Shown: piece after piece, positions 33,810 through 40,775 of the stretch | Layout: each line of letters begins with the position of its first letter | Numbering within the stretch: the first letter of the stretch is position 1 | Assembly: GCA_964612965.1 (NCBI GenBank) | Contig: CAZTGB010000002.1 | Location: 24,201-64,975, forward strand | DNA: 40,775 bases | Direction: 5' to 3' | Origin: an uncultured Gammaproteobacteria bacterium | GTDB taxonomy: Bacteria; Patescibacteriota; Microgenomatia; UBA8517 | Translations under genes and position numbers: made by a program | Notes under the pieces: model-generated | What the model was told of the DNA's origin: nothing | The model's database searches: none | Seen by the model: the letters and a program-made list of their open reading frames with translations, nothing else

Positions 33810-34229
33810 TTAATTTTCGTTTTCAAAAAAACTAAGAAATTCTTTAGGAGTAACAACTAAAATATTTTTGTATTTCTTAAGTACCAAAAGATCTTTATCT
33901 CCTGTAATGATAATTCTACTTTTACTCTCAACGGCTGTCTCTAAAACCTTGTTGTCTTTTATGTCTCTAACAACAAAAAGTTCTTTTTGGGGATAGACAA
34001 CTTTAAAAATATTCAAGATTTCTGACTCCAGTTCTTTGATTTTCTCTTCAGAAAAATTAAATTTCTTACGAAGGGTTTCCAAAAGTTCAGAAATTAGCTG
34101 GGGTGATGTAAAAACTTCTAATCTCTCCTTAACAACTATTTCTATTAGTCTTTTTGGTGCACCACCAAATACCAAAGAGGAAATTATTACATTTGTATCA
34201 ATTACTATTCCTAGACTTCGTCTTACCAT
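33810..34229 (-). CDS. PIN-domain toxin (TA-system toxin component)
   Basis: 139 aa with IVIDTNVIISSL near the N-terminus, conserved acidic positions, and ITGDKDLLVLKKY...VVTPKEFL at the C-terminus. Confidence 0.8.
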   Translation of the reverse strand: MVRRSLGIVIDTNVIISSLVFGGAPKRLIEIVVKERLEVFTSPQLISELLETLRKKFNFSEEKIKELESEILNIFKVVYPQKELFVVRDIKDNKVLETAVESKSRIIITGDKDLLVLKKYKNILVVTPKEFLSFFENEN

Positions 34230-34461
34230 TTCTATACTTGTCTATCATCTTATACACATCTTCTTCACTTTTAATACCCATCTTATTACCTATTCCCTTT
34301 CCATAAGTGAAAAGATCGTCCCAAACAGCCTTATTTTTCAAGTACGACATTAAAGCAGATTTAATAAGCTCACTTCTGGTTTTATATTCACTTTTAGCCA
34401 CCAAATCTGTTTTTTTAACCAATTCTTGGGGGAGAGATATGTTTAATGTTTGAATTTGCAT
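34198..34461 (-). CDS. Ribbon-helix-helix (CopG/MetJ-type) antitoxin
   Basis: MQIQTLNISLPQELVKKTDLVAKSEYKTRSELIKSALMSYL fits a beta-alpha-alpha RHH fold. It overlaps the PIN start by 32 nt. ATG 34461 is chosen because the upstream TTG extension would cover the promoter. Confidence 0.7.
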   Translation of the reverse strand: MQIQTLNISLPQELVKKTDLVAKSEYKTRSELIKSALMSYLKNKAVWDDLFTYGKGIGNKMGIKSEEDVYKMIDKYRNGKTKSRNSN

Positions 34462-34499
34462 ATACAAGCATTGTATACACAATGTATAGCACGTGTCAA
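34461..34499 (-). promoter_or_regulatory. TA promoter with repeat-rich operator
   Basis: Minus strand has TTGACA (34499..34494), an 18-nt spacer, TACAAT (34475..34470) and 8 nt to the ATG. TATACA half-sites recur at about 11-nt spacing. There is a perfect inverted repeat TATACAA-GCA-TTGTATA (34461..34477) and the palindrome TGTATACA (34472..34479). Confidence 0.5.
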
Positions 34500-34502
34500 G
34501 TC

Positions 34503-35549
34503 TTATTGTGGTAGAAATTCCTTAACATTTTGAGAAGTCACACGAACACTTTGTGATTTACCCTCAACTATCATTCTGGCCACTTTGCGAACAACTCCAT
34601 CAATATTGCGCTCTAAAGTACGGATTCCTGCATCATACCCCAAAGGTCTGACTATATTTGCCCAAACATCTTCATCAATTGAGAATGAATTTTCGGGCAG
34701 CCCCGAAGCTTTCATGGCCGCTGGCATTATATATTTTTGGCCAATAACAATTTTTTCTTGATCAGTATAGGAAGGCATGGAAATAGGCTCCAACCTATCC
34801 ATAACAGCTGTTGCAATATTAGTCGTATTATTTGCAGTTGCTATAAAAAGAGTTTCAGATAGATCAAATGGAAAATCAATATAATGGTCAACGAAAGCAT
34901 GGTTCTGTTTTGGATCAAGCAGTTCAACCAAAACTCCCATTATGGAGGCTCTTCCCTGATCGGTAACTCTGTCAATTTCATCGAGTAGTATTACGGGATT
35001 CCTACTTTGACAGTCTCTCAAAGATTTAATAATCTTCCCAGGTTCCGCCTCAGGATGCATTCGAGATTGTCCTCGAAGATCCAGTGGATCTCCCATTCCT
35101 CCAAATGGAATACGAGCAATGGGGCGTCCCAAAGCCTCAGCAATTGAGAATGCAATTGTAGTTTTTCCAGTTCCCACAAGTCCCACAAAACAAAGAATGG
35201 GGGCACGGTAAACATCGGCACCCTCCCCCTTTTCTTGTTTAAGTTTCATAACAGACATGTATTCAAGTACGCGAGTTTTAATATCGTCAAGTCCGTAGTG
35301 ATGAGCTTCTAGAATTTTCTTTGCGTTATCCACACTCAAGTTATCCTGGGTTCTTTTGTCCCATGGTAAAACCGTAATCCAATCAATATATTTTTCCATA
35401 CGGTCAAATTCAGGAAGAAAAGTCGCAGAAGCTGTTAACTTTGAAAGTTGGTTTAACCTAATTAAAACAAGTTCGCGTAGCTTATCCGGAAGGGATGCTT
35501 TTTTTACTCTATCAACCAATGTTGTAATTTCCTGGGCAGCAGAATCCAT
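34503..35549 (-). CDS. Lon-type AAA+ ATPase module without the N-terminal LON domain or protease domain
   Basis: 348 aa with Lon-specific blocks: LPWDKRT, HYGLDDIKTRVLEY, Walker A GLVGTGKTT, Walker B ILLDEIDR, LLDPKQNHAFVDHY, ATAN and AGIRTLERNI. The protein ends where the Lon protease domain would begin. Confidence 0.8.
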   Translation of the reverse strand: MDSAAQEITTLVDRVKKASLPDKLRELVLIRLNQLSKLTASATFLPEFDRMEKYIDWITVLPWDKRTQDNLSVDNAKKILEAHHYGLDDIKTRVLEYMSVMKLKQEKGEGADVYRAPILCFVGLVGTGKTTIAFSIAEALGRPIARIPFGGMGDPLDLRGQSRMHPEAEPGKIIKSLRDCQSRNPVILLDEIDRVTDQGRASIMGVLVELLDPKQNHAFVDHYIDFPFDLSETLFIATANNTTNIATAVMDRLEPISMPSYTDQEKIVIGQKYIMPAAMKASGLPENSFSIDEDVWANIVRPLGYDAGIRTLERNIDGVVRKVARMIVEGKSQSVRVTSQNVKEFLPQ

Positions 35550-35555
35550 AAATCA

Positions 35556-35564
35556 ATATTATCA
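35556..35564 (-). promoter_or_regulatory. Putative extended -10 element for the Lon-like gene
   Basis: Minus strand has TGATAATAT followed by 6 nt and then the ATG at 35549. Confidence 0.35.
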
Positions 35565-35587
35565 CGAAAACACATTCCTCACGAAGA

Positions 35588-37882
35588 TTATCTACTGAAG
35601 TCTTTTTTACTGTCGTCACCCATTAGTCTTGATGTTGGGAAATGTGGTCCACCGCTTTCTCCGCCACGATCTTCTCTACTAAAGCTTCCACCACTTCTTC
35701 CGCCTCCGAATGATCGCCCCCCGCTTCGTCCACCAAATCCTCCTCGTGAACCTCCACGATCTCCTCTTGAAGCTTGTCTCTCTGCTTTAATCTGAGCGTC
35801 ACGGGCTGGATCCATATTCATAGAAAGGTTAATTCTCCCCATTTCATCAATCTCTTTTACGCGAACTTGAATTTTATCTCCAACTTTAACCACATCTTCT
35901 GCTGTTGCTACAAATCCTTCCTTTCCCATGTCGCTTACATGTACCATTCCTTCTTTCCCAGGTAGTATTTCAACAAATGCTCCGAAATTTAATACTCGAG
36001 CAACTGTTCCTTCATACACTTCTCCTGCCACAACTTCCTTTGCAAACCCTTCAACCCAAGTTACAGCTTTGCTGATTGCTTCTTCATCAACTGCCGAGAT
36101 ACTTACCCCTCCGTCATCATTAACTTCAATTGAAGCTCCTGTGTCAGCAATTAATTTCTTAATAGCTTTTCCGCCAGGACCTACAAATTCTCCAATCCTA
36201 TCAATAGGAATTTTTACAACTTTAATCTTTGGTGCAAATGTTGAAACTTGAGGCCTTGAAGCGGCTAGCGTGTCTGTTATTGTTTTCATAACAGTTGCTC
36301 TCGCATCTTTTGATTGCTCCAAAGCTTGCGCCAAAATTCCACTGGTTAAATTTAGAGTTTTAACATCAAGTTGAAGTGCTGTAATTCCAGTATGTGTACC
36401 CGCAACTTTAAAATCCATATCCCCGTTATAATCTTCAATTCCCATAATGTCGGATAGAACTGCAAATTCCTTATCATTTTCGATGATCAGTCCCATTGCA
36501 ATTCCAGCAACAGGTGATTTTATAGGTACCCCCGCATCCATTAAGGATAAAGTTGAACCGCAAACCGACGCCATTGATGTTGATCCATTGGAACTCATTA
36601 CCTCAGATACAACGCGGATTGCATACGGAAATTCGTCAATTGATGGAATAACAGGAATTAAGGCTCGCTCAGCAAGTGCACCGTGTCCTATTTCTCGTCT
36701 TCCAGGATTTCCAAATCTTCCTGTTTCACCACTGGCAAATGGCGCCATGTTGTATTGATGCATATAGTGCTTTTCGACTTCTCCTTCAGCAGATTCTAAA
36801 AGCTGACCCATCTTTTCCGTACCCAATGTGGCAACAGATAGAACATGTGTTTGTCCTCTTTTAAATAGAGCTGAACCATGGACCCTTGGTAAATAACCAA
36901 CTTGACCTGAAAGTTCGCGAATCTCAGTTAATTTTCTTCCATCCGGTCGGATGCCTTTTTTAAGAATTTGTTCACGAATAAAGTCTTTCTTTAAGCGATC
37001 AACAATTTCAGGTACCCATTTAGCATCGGATTCTGTAAGATTTGCAACAACCGCATCAATTAAATCTTGAAGCTCGTTGCTTCTTCCGTTTTCAACGTGT
37101 ACTAAACTGTCAACAATCGAAACCATTTTGTCTCCCACCAACTTTTTAACCTGACTTTCAAGCTCAGATGATGGCGTCTCTTCTTTGTAAGTTTCGCGTG
37201 TGACTCCAACTTCTTTAGCCATATCCTCAATAAGTTTAAGAACCGCCTTTGATTCTTTTTGAGCAAACTCAACACCTTTAATAATTTCTTCCTCTGTAAC
37301 CTCACGGGCTCCCGCCTCAACCATTAGTATGGCGTCTTTTGTACAAGAAACTGTCAAATCCATCTGACTTACCTCTAAATCTTTTGTAACTGGATTAATT
37401 AAATATTTTCCATCAACAAGTCCTACAGTAAGTGGGGCAACTGGACCCTTCCAGGGCAAGTTAGATACATGAATGGCAGCGCTAGCTGCAATTGCACCCA
37501 AGATTGATGGATCGCTCTGCATATCAACAGAAAGAACGGTAACAATTACTTGAACTTCGCGTTTATAAGTCTTAGGGAATAATGGTCTAATGGATCTATC
37601 AATTAATCTTGCACTTAAGATTTCTTCATCGGTTGGCCTGCCTTCGCGCTTTACCCAACGAGAACCTTTAATTCTTCCTCCAGCATAAAGCTTTTCTTGA
37701 TATTCAAGTGTTAATGGGAAGTAATCAAGCTCCATCTTAAGCGGAGCAGAAGCTACAGTTGCAAGTACCACAGTGTCTCCATGTCTTGCCATAACGGCAC
37801 CTGCAGCTTGTTCTGCAAGCTCACCTATTGTTAACGTTAGGGTTCTTCCCCCAAGTTCAATTGATTTTTCGATCTTTTTCAT
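35588..37882 (-). CDS. pnp: Polyribonucleotide nucleotidyltransferase (PNPase) with an RGG-rich tail
   Basis: 764 aa with two RNase PH domains, KH and S1 domains (GEVYEGTVARVLNFGAFVEI). About 65 extra C-terminal residues are rich in R, G and S. Confidence 0.97.
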   Translation of the reverse strand: MKKIEKSIELGGRTLTLTIGELAEQAAGAVMARHGDTVVLATVASAPLKMELDYFPLTLEYQEKLYAGGRIKGSRWVKREGRPTDEEILSARLIDRSIRPLFPKTYKREVQVIVTVLSVDMQSDPSILGAIAASAAIHVSNLPWKGPVAPLTVGLVDGKYLINPVTKDLEVSQMDLTVSCTKDAILMVEAGAREVTEEEIIKGVEFAQKESKAVLKLIEDMAKEVGVTRETYKEETPSSELESQVKKLVGDKMVSIVDSLVHVENGRSNELQDLIDAVVANLTESDAKWVPEIVDRLKKDFIREQILKKGIRPDGRKLTEIRELSGQVGYLPRVHGSALFKRGQTHVLSVATLGTEKMGQLLESAEGEVEKHYMHQYNMAPFASGETGRFGNPGRREIGHGALAERALIPVIPSIDEFPYAIRVVSEVMSSNGSTSMASVCGSTLSLMDAGVPIKSPVAGIAMGLIIENDKEFAVLSDIMGIEDYNGDMDFKVAGTHTGITALQLDVKTLNLTSGILAQALEQSKDARATVMKTITDTLAASRPQVSTFAPKIKVVKIPIDRIGEFVGPGGKAIKKLIADTGASIEVNDDGGVSISAVDEEAISKAVTWVEGFAKEVVAGEVYEGTVARVLNFGAFVEILPGKEGMVHVSDMGKEGFVATAEDVVKVGDKIQVRVKEIDEMGRINLSMNMDPARDAQIKAERQASRGDRGGSRGGFGGRSGGRSFGGGRSGGSFSREDRGGESGGPHFPTSRLMGDDSKKDFSR

Positions 37883-38004
37883 TAATTTGTATGTTTTGTT
37901 TATATATTTTGAAGAGATTAGTAATGGAAATTAAAAATAGAACTGTGGTTATATTGTAACTGTTTCTACTTTAGTATTTCTACTACCAATTTCTTAAATT
38001 AGCC

Positions 38005-38015
38005 AAGCTTTGCTT
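38005..38015 (-). repeat. Intergenic mini-hairpin motif copy (minus strand AAGCAAAGCTT)
   Basis: Lies 20 nt downstream of the rpsO stop, within the 153-nt rpsO-pnp spacer. Confidence 0.7.
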
Positions 38016-38035
38016 ACCAATTTTCTTCTGTCAAT

Positions 38036-38305
38036 TTACTTATCCAGTCCCAAGGACTTAATTAGCTCTTTATAACGAGCTTCATCCTTTTTCCTAAGGT
38101 AAGCAAGAAGTCTCCTTCTTTTGGCTACCATCGAAAGGAGTCCTCGTCTTGAATGAACGTCCTTTTTATGTTCCTTAAGATGATCTATTAATTTATTTAT
38201 TTGCGTAGATAGAAGTGCTATCTGTACCTCAGGAGAACCTGTGTCGCCTTTTTCGCGAGCAAATTTCTTTATTAATTCGAGCTTTAAATCTTTAGCAAGT
38301 GCCAT
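38036..38305 (-). CDS. rpsO: 30S ribosomal protein S15
   Basis: 89 aa with [37 protein letters not shown]. Confidence 0.93.
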   Translation of the reverse strand: MALAKDLKLELIKKFAREKGDTGSPEVQIALLSTQINKLIDHLKEHKKDVHSRRGLLSMVAKRRRLLAYLRKKDEARYKELIKSLGLDK

Positions 38306-38364
38306 ATTGTCATGTGGAACAAAGTAGGCTCATTTCAGGGCTAACCTTGTTAACATCTGGAGGT

Positions 38365-38393
38365 ATATTAACACACATTGTGGATAAGTAAAA
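38365..38393 (-). promoter_or_regulatory. Putative promoter of rpsO-pnp
   Basis: Minus strand has TTTACT or TTTTAC, a 16-17-nt spacer, and TGT-TAATAT (extended -10, 38370..38365). This leaves a leader of about 55 nt. Confidence 0.4.
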
Positions 38394-38413
38394 TAACCAA
38401 ATTCCCCACAATT

Positions 38414-39010
38414 TCAAAGCTTCCTTATATAAAAAGCTTGAATGATATCTTTACGGTCTGGATCAGGTATCTCAAAATCTATTCTTTGAAACTCCACTGT
38501 TTTAGTTTTCACCAACACTTTCTGAAGCTCAAAAGACTTAATATTTGAATACAAAGGCCCCAAAGCAATCCTTCCCCCGGGTTTAGTTACACGTACAATT
38601 TCTTTAACCATTGTAAACTCATCAACACCATAAGTTTTTGCATGATATATGCTAGCTAACAAGTCAAAAATTGTATCAAATGAATTATCTTTAAAAGGAA
38701 GATTGGGGTTTAAAGCAGCTAATCCAAAACTACCAAATTCTTTTCGAAAATGGTACCCGGCAAGAGCTGGATTCAAGCTAATTACTTTTATATCTGACCT
38801 AAAAAGAGGTAACTCTTCATGAAGACCTCCCTCACCAGATCCAACATCCAGCACTAAAGCTTTAACTGGGATAAATTCTAAAAAGTCTTTTACTCTCTCA
38901 AATCCTAGAAACCTCGAATAATCGGAGACCCCATGATAAGGTTGATTTCCTTCAATAATTCTAATCGTGTTTCTACGATAACCTTCTCCGACTGGAGGAA
39001 TTCCCAACAT
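38414..39010 (-). CDS. Class I SAM-dependent methyltransferase
   Basis: 198 aa with motif I VLDVGSGEGG, an FDTIF block and VTKPGGRIAL. Confidence 0.75.
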   Translation of the reverse strand: MLGIPPVGEGYRRNTIRIIEGNQPYHGVSDYSRFLGFERVKDFLEFIPVKALVLDVGSGEGGLHEELPLFRSDIKVISLNPALAGYHFRKEFGSFGLAALNPNLPFKDNSFDTIFDLLASIYHAKTYGVDEFTMVKEIVRVTKPGGRIALGPLYSNIKSFELQKVLVKTKTVEFQRIDFEIPDPDRKDIIQAFYIRKL

Positions 39011-39018
39011 TGAAATAA

Positions 39019-39921
39019 TTAACTAACTGAAGTCCCTTTATAAACTTTTGGCTCTAACCAGTCTTGTGGAGGATTTTCTACAATTTCCTCTTTGTTTTCA
39101 ACTTGCTCATTAACCGCCTGCGTTTGTTGTAAAACGTCTTGTCCTACTGAGTTTGAATAAGGTTGACTAGGAATAGCCCCTTGCGGAAAGTTGCGTGGCT
39201 CAAGTTTTGTTTTTGGTGGTCTCTGTCCACCACTCCTTAGAAGGTGTGCAAATAGCTCAAATGTATCAGGAGTAACTTCACTACTCTCAAAATGATTACT
39301 ACCTTCCTCAATCCCCATCACAAGATTTGTAGCGCAATCTACATCCATCGGAAGTGCGGCTTCTTTAATAAGACTTGCAACAAGTTCTGAAACACTTGAA
39401 GCGGGTTTTGCAAATGACATTATTCCCCGTCCCTCGTTATTTAAGACACGAGTTCCAAGATGTGCAATTTTAACTCCAACAAACTCATTAGATGAAAGGG
39501 CTGGAAAATGAGTTTCGTTAGCCCCCCCAATTAAAATTACAAGGTCAGCAGAAATACCTGTATTTGATATTCCAATTTGCTCCTTTTGCGGAGAAAGTAG
39601 TCCATCTTTGGGAACAACAGTTAATTTAAACTGTCCATTTTCAATATCATACGAGACTTTTTCAATGTTTCCTGCATCATAGTTAGGAAAAGTAATTGTT
39701 AAATTTCTGTTTCCAATTTCAGATACTATTTTGTTAATGCCTATTAATCTGTTGAATCCAACCATCATTTGAGAAGGTGAAGAAATCACAACTGATTTTT
39801 TATCTCGAAGTGAAAGATACAGTGAAAGCCCAGCTGCCACTTGGTCAAAGTATGGTTTAGAAGGCAAAAGTATCAATATCGATTTAGCCTCATCGACTAA
39901 TGTTGAAAAACTATCATCCAT
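39019..39921 (-). CDS. DHH-fold (NrnA-like) protein with degenerate catalytic motifs and no DHHA1 domain
   Basis: 300 aa. The block pattern parallels NrnA: ILILLPSKPYFDQVAAGLSL versus ..H..PDPDA.GS, DLVILIGGAN versus ..V.DTA., KIAHLG versus IDHH, PASSVSELVASL versus .ASSVSEM.YEL, and MGIEEGSNHF versus GI.GDTG.F. The alignment is by eye only. Confidence 0.5.
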   Translation of the reverse strand: MDDSFSTLVDEAKSILILLPSKPYFDQVAAGLSLYLSLRDKKSVVISSPSQMMVGFNRLIGINKIVSEIGNRNLTITFPNYDAGNIEKVSYDIENGQFKLTVVPKDGLLSPQKEQIGISNTGISADLVILIGGANETHFPALSSNEFVGVKIAHLGTRVLNNEGRGIMSFAKPASSVSELVASLIKEAALPMDVDCATNLVMGIEEGSNHFESSEVTPDTFELFAHLLRSGGQRPPKTKLEPRNFPQGAIPSQPYSNSVGQDVLQQTQAVNEQVENKEEIVENPPQDWLEPKVYKGTSVS

Positions 39922-39924
39922 TTG

Positions 39925-40775
39925 TTAACGAGTGGATACTAACACGTCGCCAACATTAAAATCAAGCTGAGGTTCAAGTATGGCTCCAAACTCTTCGCTT
40001 TGTCCCACAACTGAAACTTCACTCTTTTGTTTTTTAAGTGAAACTATTTTAGCTTTTCCAATCTCTTTTTCAGCTCTGGTTAATGTAATTTTGTCGCCTT
40101 TTGTAATTTTTCCATCAAGAACTTTACTTCCTGCAACTTTCTTGTTGTTAAAAGGAAAAGAAGCAAGAATTTGAGCTCTGCCCAATATTTGGACTTTCTC
40201 TCCCTTTAAAATCTCTTCAATTTCCGAGATTAACTCGTAGATAATATCGAATCTCTTTACCCTTACCTTTTCAGCTTCTGCAAGTTTTGCTATATTGTTT
40301 GGAATCTTTGTTTCAAAAGCAAAAACATATGCATTCCCAACCTTTGCAGTTAGGATATCGCTTCCGAGTACGTCCCCAATTCCACTCTCAACTACCACTA
40401 CTTTGGGAGGAAGGGAAGCAGTAATTGCCTCAAGCGCTCCCGCGTTAGAAGCTTTTAGTACAATTGGAAACTCATCCTCAGCTAGTCTTCTTTCATTTCC
40501 CAATACTTTTCTGGGAGCATTATCATCTTTTCCAATTAGCCCTATCACCTGAGCAGGTTCCCCGGGGAGTACTTCCTTAACTGATTTCGCCTTGTCATTA
40601 AATAGTCCTCTTACTTTTCCAGATAAATTGGAGATATCTATCACGTCACCTACTTTTATTTTTCCATCGCGAACTATAATGTTGGCAACAGGCCCCCTTG
40701 CATCCTTAAAAGTTTCAATAACAACCGCTTCAAGTGGGGAAGCAGAATCGCTTTTTAATTCACTTACCTCAGAGA
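39925..40775 (-). CDS. infB: Translation initiation factor IF-2, C-terminal part (5' end outside the window)
   Basis: The frame is open to the window edge. The track's M at 40644 is an internal GTG (Val). IF-2 C-terminal blocks are present: IVLKASNAGALEAITASL, GIGDVLGSDILTA and RFDIIYELISEIEE. Confidence 0.9.
   Translation of the reverse strand, partial: SEVSELKSDSASPLEAVVIETFKDARGPVANIIVRDGKIKVGDVIDISNLSGKVRGLFNDKAKSVKEVLPGEPAQVIGLIGKDDNAPRKVLGNERRLAEDEFPIVLKASNAGALEAITASLPPKVVVVESGIGDVLGSDILTAKVGNAYVFAFETKIPNNIAKLAEAEKVRVKRFDIIYELISEIEEILKGEKVQILGRAQILASFPFNNKKVAGSKVLDGKITKGDKITLTRAEKEIGKAKIVSLKKQKSEVSVVGQSEEFGAILEPQLDFNVGDVLVSTR

Noticed and set aside
1-40775. An alternative genetic code with TGA recoded, as in some candidate phyla.
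   Set aside because: TGA terminates alaS, ftsK, UDG, HAD, the phosphoesterase and the methyltransferase at positions consistent with family C-termini. No conserved gene is interrupted under the standard code.
1-40775. CRISPR arrays, rRNA genes or large direct repeats.
   Set aside because: None was seen. The only recurring sequence is the 11-12-nt intergenic motif reported in the findings.

Overview
A 40.8-kb, visibly AT-rich core-genome block. All substantial genes but one lie on the minus strand, and standard stop codons including TGA are used. No rRNA, tRNA, CRISPR array, transposase or integrase was recognised. Minus-strand order is: infB (3' part) - degenerate DHH-like protein - SAM methyltransferase - rpsO - pnp - Lon-type AAA+ protein without protease domain - RHH/PIN toxin-antitoxin pair - YfcE-like phosphoesterase - HAD hydrolase - family-4 UDG - RNase J - small membrane protein - ftsK - RodZ-like - small TM protein - (one plus-strand 87-aa gene) - short alaS - 725-aa membrane protein - SDR - sortase - ruvX - zinc-ribbon protein - mltG - rpoB - rpoC - rpsL - rpsG - fusA - orphan 139 aa - tuf - rpsJ - orphan 112 aa - rplC...rpsN and the first codons of rpsH. 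The compact gene set, short AlaRS, extended or truncated ribosomal proteins and the sortase suggest a small-genome bacterium such as Patescibacteria/CPR, but this is inference only. I see no obvious defence island. The observations most worth follow-up are: (1) a TAAGC-R-AAGCTT mini-hairpin motif recurring in almost every r-protein operon spacer; (2) promoter-then-terminator (attenuator-like) leaders before rplC, tuf and rpoB; (3) two orphan genes and an opposite-strand micro-ORF splitting the normally contiguous fusA-tuf-rpsJ-rplC block; (4) many operon-first genes with a -10 box only 6-10 nt from the ATG, suggesting leaderless mRNAs; (5) an RHH-PIN module with a repeat-rich operator heading a translationally coupled operon that ends in RNase J, directly downstream of a protease-less Lon AAA+ gene; (6) a 725-aa fusion of a degenerate actin-like domain, a TM helix and a baseplate-J-like domain; (7) a DHH-like protein with every catalytic motif replaced. 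All functional calls come from reading the translations by eye; no database search was run.
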